Source of the DNA: Stegostoma tigrinum
Lineage: Eukaryota
Direction: 5' to 3'
Assembly: GCF_030684315.1 (NCBI RefSeq)
Contig: NC_081362.1
Span: forward strand, 10,844,589 to 10,908,588
DNA: 64,000 nt
Shown here piece after piece: positions 37,801 to 49,272 of the stretch (within the stretch, counting starts at the first letter, position 1; every line of letters starts with the position of its first letter). A model generated the notes under the pieces. That model had not been told where the DNA came from. It did not search any database and saw nothing but the letters and a program-made list of their open reading frames with translations. A program made the position numbers and the translations under genes.

Positions 37801-39339
37801 TCAAAGCCACATGCTCTCGGTCCTTTGCTCCTCAGCACAGCTTAACCAGCGATCCCTTAAAGATATCATTCCAAAACACTCCAAAATGGGAAGCTCTGTA
37901 AATATATTTTGGGGGACATTTTCTGGTCCCAAATATCAACTCGTCATGCCTGACTTGCCCTGACTCTTCCTTGGCCTTGCTTCCCCTCCCTCTTTAATTA
38001 TCAGAGCATGCTGGACTTGACAGGTCCCCTAAAGGAGGTTTGTTATCAAAATTAAAGCACACAGTGCGGGGTGGAATATACTGATATGTATAAAGGATTG
38101 GCTAAATTCACCCTCAGGGCAGGACAGCTGAACATGTTAGCATGGAAATCAAAAACTGCCGTTCAAGATGCACCGATCTGCAGTTAGCTTGCAAAAGCAC
38201 ATCTTGCTGTCTTGTTTTCCCTTCAGATGTTTGACTGGAGGTGTGAAGATCATTCGCTTGCACAATAGCTACAACCTAACCTTGATACAGAAAGTAAGGG
38301 CAAATCATTTCATGACGAGTTGCCCCAATCAATTAAGTGCAAATTGCTGCTGGTTAGCTACTTGAACACTCAATTAATTTCAACAGCTGTATAGTCTCAT
38401 TTCATATTCAATTTGTTTTTGGGTATCTACTAAATTAAAATTAAAATCTTTTACTTTGTCTTTCTCTCAATGTAATTTTTGAATTTCCACTTTGGGGAAA
38501 TTCAGTATAGAAAACATTCTAGCTAACTACTGCTTGCTCAGCCTCTGCATTGTCTGTTCCATATCACTCAATCTGACCAGTTAAGGAAATGTACAGTTCC
38601 ATCTCCTTAGGAGGGGGTACTGTGTTATTTCTATTTCACACATTAATAAGAGTGTAGTTCTAGGCTACAAAATGATATTTTCAAACCAGACCATTAAGGG
38701 TTAGTTGTTGAGGATTAATTGGCTATGACAATGAGCAATTGAAGTGGAAAAGTAGATGAAAAACAGGCCTGATGCAAAAACTGTCTTTTGACTGTGGTTG
38801 GGGGTTGAAGGATGCTGCCTGACCTTGAGGGTCAGTGGGAACCATCCACTTAAGCAGTCTACATGGGGCACCTGGGCTTTTTTTAAGCCTATTTTTCATG
38901 GATGGAAACACACTGAAGTTATTATGAAATGGTGTTACAGCATGTAACCAGAATAATATTAATACCAGTGACAGTCCCACCAGACTGGGTTCATGGGAGT
39001 GGGGCCATAGACCTTCACCATCGGACTAGGGTTCATAGACTGGTGCCCTGGCATCCAAGTGCTAGCCATCACCCAGGAATCCCCTATGAGTAAAAGGCAG
39101 TGAGACTCATTTGTTGAATATGTCTAAGTAGTTTAAGTTAAAAGAGTCATCCATTATTTTGGATATACCTAAAGGAGGCCAAACTAATAAATTTGCTTTA
39201 TATCAAAGCACACGTGTCTTCACGTATATTTTTGATCAGACACTAAAGAACTGGTTAGGTACTTTCATATAAGAATATATAGGGTAAACTGTTGTGGAGA
39301 CTAAACTGATAAGCACAAAGCCAACTAATGCTGCAGGAC

Positions 39340-40280
39340 ATCTCTGCAGTAGGTGCCTAAGGTAGGGTTTTTGGTCCACTCTTCTTCAGTTCCTTCATCA
39401 ATAACATTCCCTCTATCATAACATCAGAAGTGGGGATATTTGCTGATAAATCTTTATGTTCATCACCTCATAGGACTCCTCAGATATTGAAGCAGTTCAT
39501 GACCAAGTGAAGCAGGACCTGGACAATATCCAGGCTTGGGCTGACTAGAGGCAAATAACATTCATGCCAAACAAGTGCGAGGAAATGACCATCTTCAACA
39601 ACAGACGATCTAACCATCATCTCTTGACATTCAATAGCACTACTGAATTTCCCACTATGAACGTCCTGGAATTACCATTGAACAGAAACTGGGCAGGCCA
39701 TATAAGTACTGTGACCGCAAGCGCAACAAGTGATTCACCTTATAACTTTCCAAAACTTGTCCACCACCTATAAGGCAGAAGTCAGTAGTTTGATGGAATA
39801 CTTGCAGCTACCTGGGTAAGCACAGCTCCGAAAACACTCATGGCTTGAAAACATCCAGGACAAAGCAGGCTGCTTGACTGGCATCACATTCACAAAACAT
39901 TCACTTCCATCGCATCAACTCACAATAGCAACAGTGCATACTATCTACTGGTGCTCTGCAGAAATTCAATGAGGCTGCTTAGACAGCACCTTCCAAACAG
40001 CCACTACCATCTAGAAGGACAATAGCAGCTGATACATGGGAACACCACCACCTGCAAGTTCCCCTGTAAGCCATTCACAATCCTGACTTAGAAATATATC
40101 GCTGTTCTTTCACTGTCGCAAAACACTGGAGATTCCTCCTTAACTTGTGAATCTACTTGCATCAAATGGACTGCAGAGGTTAAAGAAGGCAGCACACCAT
40201 CACATTCTCAAGGGCATCGAGGGATGAGCAATGAATGCTTACCAGCCAGCGATGCTCAAATTCCATGAATTATTAAAAAA
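39340..40280 (+). mobile_element. CR1/L2-type LINE 3' portion
   Basis: gtgcctaaggtagggtttttggtcca..gatatttgctgat (VPQGSVLGP/FAD-like), QDLDNIQAWAD and a 3' tail shared with the SINE at 18.9 kb. Confidence 0.7.
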
Positions 40281-40534
40281 ACAATGATGGGAACTATCTG
40301 TTGGCCTACCACAGTAGAAAGATGCAGTGCAGGAACACAGTGACCTAGAAATGTATTGGTGCTGTGCCAATTTTACAACCATGAAATAGACTCCCAATAT
40401 TCTAAACTGGTGGAGGGTGTCAGTCTGTATTTTCTTTGTTGGTCATGCACTGCAACCATATTGGTAAAGAAGTTTTTGTGAGCTACATGTTTTGTGAATA
40501 CATATTAAAATATTATTTTAATTCTATTGATAAG

Positions 40535-40739
40535 GTACCAAAAATAGAAATTGCTGGAAAGGCTCAACAGGTCCAGCAGCATTTATGGAGGGAAATCAGA
40601 GTCAACATTTCAGGTCAAGTGACCCTTCCAGTTCATTAACTCTGATTTCTCTCCACAGATGCTGTTAGACCTGCTGAGCTTTTCCGAGCAATTTCTGATT
40701 TTGTTTCTGATTTGCAGCATCTGCTGTTCCTTTGGTTTT
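40535..40739. mobile_element. PLE family-B fold-back palindrome
   Basis: Inverted arms around ~40625; tail on the right; TSD tattgataag at 40525-40534 / 40740-40749. Confidence 0.85.
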
Positions 40740-41169
40740 TATTGATAAGACAATGTTGTGTTATTAATTATAGTTATTGCTCTATGATTGAATCGTTTAA
40801 TAGTGCACACTTTATACCTGATCCAGTCCTGCTTCCCAAAATTGAACTTCCATGAATGTGGTGAATAGAGGCTTTCCTTAGGATAACCAAGCCCATATTT
40901 GACCTACTCAGCAGCTTTTAAAGGGTGGTTGTCATCTAAAAGGTATGTTTTTTCAAAAGTAACTACCCAAATGTAAAACAAGAAGTGACAAGACTTCTCC
41001 TCGCAGCCTTAGAGCTAAGAGCATTGACAGCTATTCACCCTTAGTCCCCTTTTACTGCTGATTGCATTCTACAGTCCCATTCTCACTAATATTCTGATCC
41101 CGATTATAACCTCCCATTGCCTCAGAGCTTACCCTGGAGCATGTATGACAGTACAGCAGCTGAAAGTTT

Positions 41170-41345
41170 AAAATAAAGGCTGGAAATGCTCAGGACCTCT
41201 GGAAGAACTGTAGATAGAGTAGCAGAGTTAGCACTTCAGGTCTGTGATCTTTCGTCAGGACCAGAAAGATCACGGACTCAAAGCATTAATTCTGCTTCTC
41301 TCTCTGAGTAGATGCTATCTAACCTGCTGTGCATTTTGCTTCATT
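41170..41345. mobile_element. Older family-B-like fold-back palindrome
   Basis: gcagagttagcacttcaggtctgtgatctttcgtcag / gaaagatcacggactcaaagcattaattctgc inverted arms. Confidence 0.6.
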
Positions 41346-42627
41346 AGCAGATAAACACTATTCAGTATTGCCCCGAGTATTCTTACTTTATTTTATCTGT
41401 CTTGATCCCAGAACACTTTAGTTTGCATAAGATTATGCCATTCACAAATTTCTGAATTTTATACTGATTTTTATGTATCTGTAATACTTAGTGCATAATA
41501 ATTCCTGTCACCAAGACCATTTCACTTGTTTTATTCAATTAACAGTTAATAGTGCTGCTTGTTTAATAATTCATGCTAAGGTGGAATTTTATTTCAAGGT
41601 TTCAAGAAGGACGTGTTTTATGCACTTTTAGTATTCCATCTAGGTATAAAGCTGCCCATGTTTTCACCGAATCTCAGTTTAAGAATCATTTTCTGTTTAA
41701 AACACCTAAAAATTATTCAGAAAGTGGAAATTAATCAAAGGTATTAGTTTTAAATGTAATTAATGACTTATCGTTATCTTATCTACAGTGATTAAAAAAA
41801 TGTTTAAGGGTATAATCACACAACAAACCTACAAATAGTGACTTATTAAATGTGAAATAAAAACATATTCAGCTCACATAAACAGGAATTAGTACCAAAC
41901 TAATTAGTACTAAACATGATGCACCATCACAGCACATCTTCTGGTAAGCTGAGCCACAAGCAACAGCACTTGAATTTGATGACATGGAGAATTACAAGCA
42001 GACATTACCTGATTAAATCCTACTCACATTTTTAACCTTCATTTAGTTTTCAAAACATGAATTTCCTTAAATCAAACTTCATAAACCTTTTGCTTTGCCA
42101 ACTGTAGGCTCAAATATGTTGAATAGAAAATATTTAAATCAACTCATGCTCGAAACTGAGCATACTATGATTTTAATTCCTAAATGTTACTGAAATTCTA
42201 TACTTCTCATGAAATAAGAATCAAGACTATGTCCTTAGATAAAATTGCAGTATTTAGAAAATTGATATCTACGAAATTGCAAATTACAAACAGCAGGAGA
42301 TCATTCTGTCCCCTGAGCTTGTTCCATCATTTAGGGACTGGACAGATTGGATGACAATAAGACGTTTCTTCATGTGTGAGAAACCAGACTAGCCAGCACA
42401 GTATTTTCACTTCATCTACATCCATCCCCACTCCAAACTAGCAATCAATCAAAGTGGAACTTCTCTGAACTGTTTCTAATGCCCTTTTACCCGTTTTTCT
42501 TAAACAAGGAGACTGTATACAGTATCAGAGATAATGGGAACTGCAAATGCTGGAGAATTCCAAGATAATAAAATGTGAGGCTGGATGAACACAGCAGGCC
42601 AAGCAGCATCTCAGGAGCACAAAAGCT

Positions 42628-42655
42628 GACGTTTCGGGCCTAGACCCTTCATCAG
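42628..42655 (-). ncRNA. Minimal hammerhead motif, sense to CHGB pre-mRNA
   Basis: Reverse complement reads CUGAUGAAGGGUCUAGGCCCGAAACGUC. Confidence 0.6.
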
Positions 42656-42879
42656 AGAGGGGGATGGGGAGAGGGAACTGGAATAAATAGGGAGAGAGGG
42701 GGAGGAGGATCGAAGATGGAGAGTAAAGAAGATAGGTGGAGAGAGTATAGGTGGGGAGGTAGGGAGGGGATAGGTCAGTCCAGGGAAGACGGATAGGTCA
42801 AGGAGGTGGGATGAGGTTAGTAGGTAGCTGGGGGTGCGGCTTGGGGTGGGAGGAAGGGATGGGTGAGAGGAAGAACCGG

Positions 42880-44634
42880 TTAGGGAGGCAGAGACAGGTT
42901 GGACTGGTTTTGGGGTGCAGTGGGTGGGGGGGAAGAGCTGGGCTGGTTGTGTGGTGCAGTGGGGGGAGGGGACGAACTGGGCTGGTTTAGGGATGCAGTA
43001 GGGGAAGGGGAGATTTTGAAACTGGTGAAGTCCACATTGATACCATATGGCTGCAGGGTTCCCAGGCGGAATATGAGTTGCTGTTCCTGCAACATTCGGG
43101 TGGCATCATTGTGGCAGTGCAGGAGGCCCATGATGGACATATCATCTAGAGAATGGGAGGGGGAGTGGAAATGGTTTGCGACTGGGAGGTGCAGTTGTTT
43201 GTTGCGAACTGAGCGGAGGTGTTCTGCAAAGCGGTCCCCAAGCCTCCGCTTGGTTTCCCCAATGTAGAGGAAGCCGCACCGGGTACAGTGGATGCAGTAT
43301 ACCACATTGGCAGATGTGCAGGTGAACCTCTGCTTAATGTGGAATGTCATCTTGGGGCCTGGGATAGGGGTGAGGGAGGAGGTGTGGGGGCAAGTGTAGC
43401 ATTTCCTGTGGTTGCAGGGGAACGTGCCGGGCGTGGTGGGGTTGGAGGGCAGTGTGGAGCGAACAAGGGAGTCACAGAGAGAGTGGTCTCTCCGGAAAGC
43501 TGACAGGGGAGGGGATGGAAAAATGTCTTGGGTGGTGGGGTCGGATTGTAAATGGCGGAAGTGTCGGAGGATGATGCGTTGTATCCGGAGGTTGGTAGGG
43601 TGGTGTGTGAGAACGAGGGCGATCCTCTTAGGGCGGTTGTGGCGGGGGCGGGGTGTGAGGGATGTGTTGCGGGAAATACGGGAGATGCGGTCAAGGGCGT
43701 TCTCGATCACTGTGGGGGGAAAGTTGCGGTCCTTAAAGAACTTGGACATCTGGGATGTGCGGGAGTGGAATGTCTTATCGTGGGAGCAAATGCGGCGGAG
43801 GCGGAGGAATTGGGAATAGGGGATGGAATTTTTGCAGGAGGATGGTGGGTGGGAGGAGGTGTATTCTAGGTAGCTGTGGGAGTCGGTGGGCTTGAAATGG
43901 ACATCATTTACAAGCTGGTTGCCTGAGATGGAGACTGAGAGGTCCAGGAAGGTGAGGGATGTGCTGGAGATGGCCCAGGTGAACTGAAGGTTGGGGTGGA
44001 AGGTGTTGGTGAAGTGGATGAACTGTTCGAGCTCCTCTGGGGAGCAAGAGGCGGCGCCGATACAGTCATCAATGTACCGGAGGAAGAGGTGGGGTTTTGG
44101 GCCTGTGTAGGTGCGGAAGAGGGACTGTTCCACGTAACCTACAAAGAGGCGGGCATAGCTGGGGCCCATGCGGGTGCCCATGGCCACCCCCTTAGTCTGT
44201 AGGAAGTGGGAGGAGTCAAAAGAGAAGTTGTTGAGTGTGAGGACGAGTTCAGCTAGGCGGATGAGAGTGTCGGTGGAGGGGGACTGGTCGGGCCTGCGGG
44301 ACAGGAAGAAGCGGAGGGCCTTGAGGCCATCTCCATGCGGAATGCAGGTGTACAGGGACTGGGCGTCCATGGTGAATATGAGGTGTTGGGGGCCAGGGAA
44401 TTGGAAGTCCTGGAGGAGGTGGAGGGCGTGGGTGGTGTCACGGACGTAGGTGGGGAGTTCCTGGGCCAAAGGGGAGAAAATGGAGTCCAGATAGGTGGAG
44501 ATGAGTTCGGTGGGGCAGGAGCAGGCTGAGACGATGGGTCGACCAGGGCAGGCAGGTTTGTGGATCTTGGGAAGGAGATAGAAACGGGCCGTGCGGGGTT
44601 GGGGAACAATGAGGTTGGAGGCTGTGGGTGGGAG
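42880..44634 (-). CDS. PLE reverse transcriptase / GIY-YIG endonuclease, 584 uninterrupted codons, N-terminus missing
   Basis: FYLLPKIHK..GRPIVS, MDAQSLYTCIP, GVAMGTRMGPSYA, RYIDD, a Cys linker (CNHRKCYTC) and NVVYCIHCTRCGFLYIGETKRRLGDRFAEH. The frame stays open upstream of the ORF-track start as far as the junction. Confidence 0.9.
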   Translation of the reverse strand, partial: LPPTASNLIVPQPRTARFYLLPKIHKPACPGRPIVSACSCPTELISTYLDSIFSPLAQELPTYVRDTTHALHLLQDFQFPGPQHLIFTMDAQSLYTCIPHGDGLKALRFFLSRRPDQSPSTDTLIRLAELVLTLNNFSFDSSHFLQTKGVAMGTRMGPSYARLFVGYVEQSLFRTYTGPKPHLFLRYIDDCIGAASCSPEELEQFIHFTNTFHPNLQFTWAISSTSLTFLDLSVSISGNQLVNDVHFKPTDSHSYLEYTSSHPPSSCKNSIPYSQFLRLRRICSHDKTFHSRTSQMSKFFKDRNFPPTVIENALDRISRISRNTSLTPRPRHNRPKRIALVLTHHPTNLRIQRIILRHFRHLQSDPTTQDIFPSPPLSAFRRDHSLCDSLVRSTLPSNPTTPGTFPCNHRKCYTCPHTSSLTPIPGPKMTFHIKQRFTCTSANVVYCIHCTRCGFLYIGETKRRLGDRFAEHLRSVRNKQLHLPVANHFHSPSHSLDDMSIMGLLHCHNDATRMLQEQQLIFRLGTLQPYGINVDFTSFKISPSPTASLNQPSSSPPPTAPHNQPSSSPPPTAPQNQSNLSLPP

Positions 44635-44739
44635 GACTGTATACAGTACTCCAGGCTGCCTAACTTCCTTGAGTTGTTATTTCTTTATTTGCCTAATTTA
44701 TAGTATGAGGAACTGTAATGTTGAACATTAGCTTTTTTC

Positions 44740-44900
44740 TTTATTTTTCTATTTTGTACCTAATCTATTTTAGTACCTAAGGTTCGTAACTAGATACTTT
44801 GTACGTAAAATGGTGCCGTGTGACAACATTGCACACTTTTCTCTGTACTCCTATACTTTTATACTTTAGTGATAATAAAACCTAATTCTAATTCTAATTC
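44740..44900 (+). mobile_element. Possible non-LTR retroelement 3' end with (AATTCT)n tail
   Basis: ctgtactcc..gtgataataaaacct followed by aattctaattctaattc; family uncertain. Confidence 0.3.
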
Positions 44901-45260
44901 ATGAATTCCAATTCAGACTTTGAACATGCCCTGCTGTAAGCACCTTAATATGAGATTTTTCATATGACAGGTGTTTAGCTAACTTTGCTGTAATTCCCTT
45001 TGTTTCTATTTGCCTCCTTTCTCAAATACATGATTGCAAAACTTACCTTGAAAATAGCAGGATGCTATTTTTCAAATTAATTGTCATGAGTGTTGAAGTA
45101 ACATTTTAGTGTCAATCAAATTTTAGATTATTTATCAAACAGCAACATTGAAAAATGAATAAACTAATTTTTTTTGAATTATTGATCATCCAAAACAAGA
45201 AATCCAAAGTAAAGAAGAATTTTAGTCCCATTCAACAAACTAAAATATTAATTGGCTCAC

Positions 45261-46921
45261 CTCTTCTTTGGTCAGCATCCTATGATTCATATTCCTTCTT
45301 TCATCTTCATGGTGTTGTTTTTCATTTTCTTCAAAATCATACAGTTCTGGGATTTCAAATGATTTTTTCTTAGATTTCAAATATTGTGCCAGCTTGTCCA
45401 TTCTATTATATATCTTTTTCTCATCCAAATTGTGGGCAAAATGTTGTCTCGATGCATGTTCTGCATTATCTTCCTCTTCCTGCCCCTGGTCTTCATTCTC
45501 ATATTTTTTCACATGCTTCTTTTCCCATTTACCACCATGACCTTCATATTCTGGGTAGTAGTAGTTTTCTTCACTGCGCTTCATTTCTTCTTCACTGCCA
45601 GGGGTTCTGTCGTCCATGCTATGCTTTATCTGCCACCAAACTTTCTGCATTCTCGGCAAGTGTTTTGTATTTCTCCCTACTCCTTCATCTTCTTCATTGT
45701 TGGCAAATTTCTCTTCTGCGCTTTCATCAGTTCGGAGCCATTTTTCATCGTGAATATGTCTCTTTTCTTCTTCACTATAATGCCTCATTTCCTCACTGTG
45801 ATGCTTATTTTCCACATCCTTCTCTGGCTCTTCCTCTTCACTGTGTCTCTTGTTCCCTTCATAATGTCTCTTTTTCTCCTCTATGCTATGGTGTTTCTTT
45901 TCTTCACTGGACTGTACTTTTTCTTCACTGTGGGTACTTTTGCCATGGTATTGTTCTTCCTCCACTGATTCTTCTGAGTTACTCCTCTTGTGTCCATCTA
46001 CTATACCCTCATAATGACTCTTGCCTTTCCCATATGCTTCCTGGTTGTTATTTCCCTTAAGGTAATTGTGATTGTTCTTGATGTGTTCCAGTTCTTTATT
46101 GGTTTCTTCAGATTTATCAGCATTCTTCTCATCTTGGTGGGGATTCCTCCTATCCTCATTGAAATGACTGTAACTGTTTCTTTTGTTGTAATATATATGA
46201 TCATGAAGAACTTTTCCTCTTTCTTCAGTATCATTCTCTTCTGACTCTTCAGATTCAGCTTTCTTATGGCCATAATAGCCATTTCTTTTGTCTTGATTAT
46301 TGAGATCTTCCTCAGACCCATCCATCTCTTGGTGACTGTCCCTTTCTCCAGTACTATGTCTTTTTTCATCTGACTGTCCACCTAAACCAATTGTCTTATC
46401 TTCCTTAGATGACTCCTCATTTCCTTTGTCATATCCATGAGGCCATCTTTGATGGAATCCATGGCTTGTAAGCTCAGAAGCATCTGTTTTTGATGGACTG
46501 TTTTGTTCTTGCCCACCATCCTCCTGACTGTGTCTTTGTTTCCCGTGTTTTTCTTCTTCATCATTTTCACTTTGATCATCTGCATACCTTCTTTCTTCAT
46601 TGCTAAAGTGCTCTTGGCCAGTGTGGTCATTTCTGAGGTCTTTCACTTGATGGGGGCTTTTGAATGATTTGAAGTCTTTAACTTCCCTGCTGTCATCTTC
46701 ACTGTTTCTTTCTTCACCATTGGCTTGTTTGAAATGCTTTTGTTCCTCACTTTCACCATCATCTCGTTCGTCTGCCTCATATTGCTCTCCTCCATGCTTC
46801 TTATCTTCCTGGCTTCCTTCATCTTCATAGTGATGCTTTTCAGATTCCTGAATGTGCCTCTCATCCTTGTAGTGTTGGTTTTCTTCTGTATTTTTCTTTC
46901 TTGCTACTTCATGTTTCCCAC
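45261..46921 (-). CDS. CHGB: Chromogranin B exon 4 (large acidic exon)
   Basis: 1661-nt open E/D/K/H-rich exon. YYPEY..WEKK and KKSFEIPELYDFEE match the mammalian FFPEY..WEKK and KKSAEFPDFYDSEE blocks; CAG/GTGAGC boundaries. Confidence 0.95.
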
Positions 46922-48064
46922 CTGGAATAAGATGCCATGAAGGTTTAAGGATTTTGCATCAAGGACTAAGAATTTCATTACTGTGGACATGAGTTCTCAG
47001 TTATATTTTGCACTGCATGAAGGCCAAAATCATTTGTTGTTATTTCTCATTAGATTAAGATGTCATTCATATTATGCTGGTTAATGTGGGTCGCTCATCC
47101 ATCATCAATCAACTTATCAGCTGATCATTGTATCATTGCTGTTAACAAAATACTGACTGTATATCAAAAAAAGTTTCTTCAAAAATCCCAAAAGACAATG
47201 ACTGAACCTCTTTCGGACTTGCTGAAGTGGTACAATTGTAATTTAAATTATCTTCTTTACAGGACTATAGTATCAGTGATATAAAAGATCATTTACATTC
47301 ACTGATCCTCCTCCAAACATCCTTGGTAAATGCTGGATCTTATACCCCAGTGAATATTTTCAGAAGATTTCAGTATTGGAGGATCTGAGACAGAAAAGCA
47401 ATGTTAATGCAAAAGACCAGGATTTCAGACGTGGCCAAATCTCCCGTTTTATTCATCGGAATCCTTCAATCCTCAAAAGTTTCTGTACAAAATTTCTCAT
47501 TAAGTTAAAGGGCCCTGCAACTACAATGATGTCTTATTCTGCACTAGTTGCATGCCACAATAGATTCTTGAGGTACAGAGATAGTGTCCCTACCTTTGAT
47601 GCAGGAGGCCAAGGCTGACATCCCACCTGCTCTAGAGGAGTCTGAACAAGTTGATTTAAAATATCTGCAAGCCAGTCTGCATTTCTCAATGGTGGAAAGC
47701 TGATTGAGAATGTTTACCAACCCATTTTCCAACAAAAGTCCCACTTATACATGAAGCTCAAAGATAGGAACACTAAATGGACTGTCCAAATGGAAAGCAT
47801 GATAGCCGAAATTTGGAGCAAATTTAAGTGCAGACCCAGCAGATACTTAATGAAACACACAGAAATTGTGATATTGGAAGACGTGTTTTGTTGAGTTGCA
47901 CCTATCCAACCCCTAAAAAAGGCTAAATCCCCAGATCTCCCAGGTTCCTGACTTCTATCACTTATTAATGGCCTTAAACCAAACATTACTGAAAAGTGAT
48001 GTGAGAAAAGAAACTTTTTTAGAATAAAGGAGCAATAACACTCCAGAACTGACTTTTTCGAGCT

Positions 48065-48460
48065 TTCATAGAGTCATAGAGATGTACAGACACTTCAGTC
48101 CACCTCATCCATGCCAACCAGATAAACTAATCTTGTCCCATTTGCCAGCAATTTGACCCTTTAAACTCTTCCAATTTATATACCCATTCAGATGTTTTTT
48201 AAATGCTCTAACTGTACCAGTTTCCACTTTTTCCTCTGGCAGCTCATTCCATACATGCATCACCTCTGCATAACAATGCTGCCACTCAGGTCCCTTTTAA
48301 ATCTTTTGGCTCTCATCTTAAACCTATGCCCTCTAGCTTTGGACTCCCTTACTCTGGGAAATGACCTTGACTATTCACCCTATAGATGCCCCTCATGATT
48401 TTATAAACTTTTACAAGGTCACCCCTCAACCTCCGACGCTACAGGGAAAATAGCCCTTGT
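48065..48460 (-). mobile_element. CR1 3' end
   Basis: catagagtcatagag tail plus a body similar to 11940-12400. Confidence 0.8.
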
Positions 48461-48633
48461 CTGAAATGAATCTCATCAGATCAAGTAAAGAAGCCATAGC
48501 TATTGGGTTGTTTTTGACACCATCCTATATGAATAACAAATATTCAGCTTCCTAATACCCTGTTATTGTACAGTGTTTCAGAGTGAAGTCTTGATAATAA
48601 GGAAACTGCTCAGGTCACAAGTAGTTAGTACTC

Positions 48634-48922
48634 AACCCCTCCTCCTTGACCTGTCCGTCCTCCCCGGACTGACCTATCCCCTCCCTACCTCCCCACCCAT
48701 ACTCTCCGCTGCACCTATCTTCTACTCTAACTATCTTCAGTCTGCCTCCCCCTCTCTCCCTACTTATTTCAGAATCCTATCCCCATCCCCCTTTTCTGAT
48801 GAAGGGTCTAGGCCCGAAACGTCAGCTTTTGTGCTCCTAAGACGCTGCTTGGCCTGCTGTGTTCATCCAGCTCCACAATTTGTCATCTTGGATTGTCCAG
48901 CATCTGCAGTTCCCATTATCTC
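48634..48922 (+). mobile_element. PLE family-A pLTR with intact hammerhead core (48796-48823) and tail
   Basis: ctgatgaagggtctaggcccgaaacgtc..cagcatctgcagttcccattatctc. Confidence 0.88.
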
Positions 48923-49038
48923 TAGTTACTTGTAACGGTGGCTCTAGTCAGCTATTTGAGGTACTTAAACACCTAAAGGCTGGGGTATGGGAAACACAGA
49001 TGTTATTAACATTACAAAAGAAATGTACTTATGCTGGA

Positions 49039-49265
49039 GATAACAAGGTATGGATCTGAATGAACACCACAGGCCAAGCAGCATCAGAGGAGCAGGAAGG
49101 CTGTTGTTTCGGGTCTGGGCTCTTCTTCAGAAATGAAGAAGCGTCTCGGCCTGAAACATCAGCCTTTCTGCTCCTCTGATGCTGCTTGGCCTGCTGTGTT
49201 CATTCAGATCCATACCTTGTTATGTCAGATTCTCCAGCATCTCCAGTTCCTACTATCTCTGAAAC
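49039..49265. mobile_element. PLE family-A fold-back palindrome abutting the CHGB exon 3 donor
   Basis: ~95-bp inverted arms centred near 49130; tail on the right arm. Confidence 0.88.
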
Positions 49266-49272
49266 TACTTAC

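Larger units (their letters stand above)
42525..44634 (-). mobile_element. Young 5'-truncated Penelope-like element (Neptune-like, family A) in CHGB intron 4
   Basis: RT+GIY-YIG ORF, C-rich pLTR, intact hammerhead core and tail. Perfect 14-bp TSD gactgtatacagta at 42511-42524 / 44635-44648. Confidence 0.93.

Noticed and set aside
42899-44529. Plus-strand ORFs overlapping the PLE copies (also at 3.5-4.5 kb and 60.6-62.3 kb)
   Set aside because: Antisense shadows of the C-rich PLE ORF.
45384-46244. Hydrophobic plus-strand ORFs of up to 224 aa
   Set aside because: Antisense shadows of the purine-rich CHGB exon 4.
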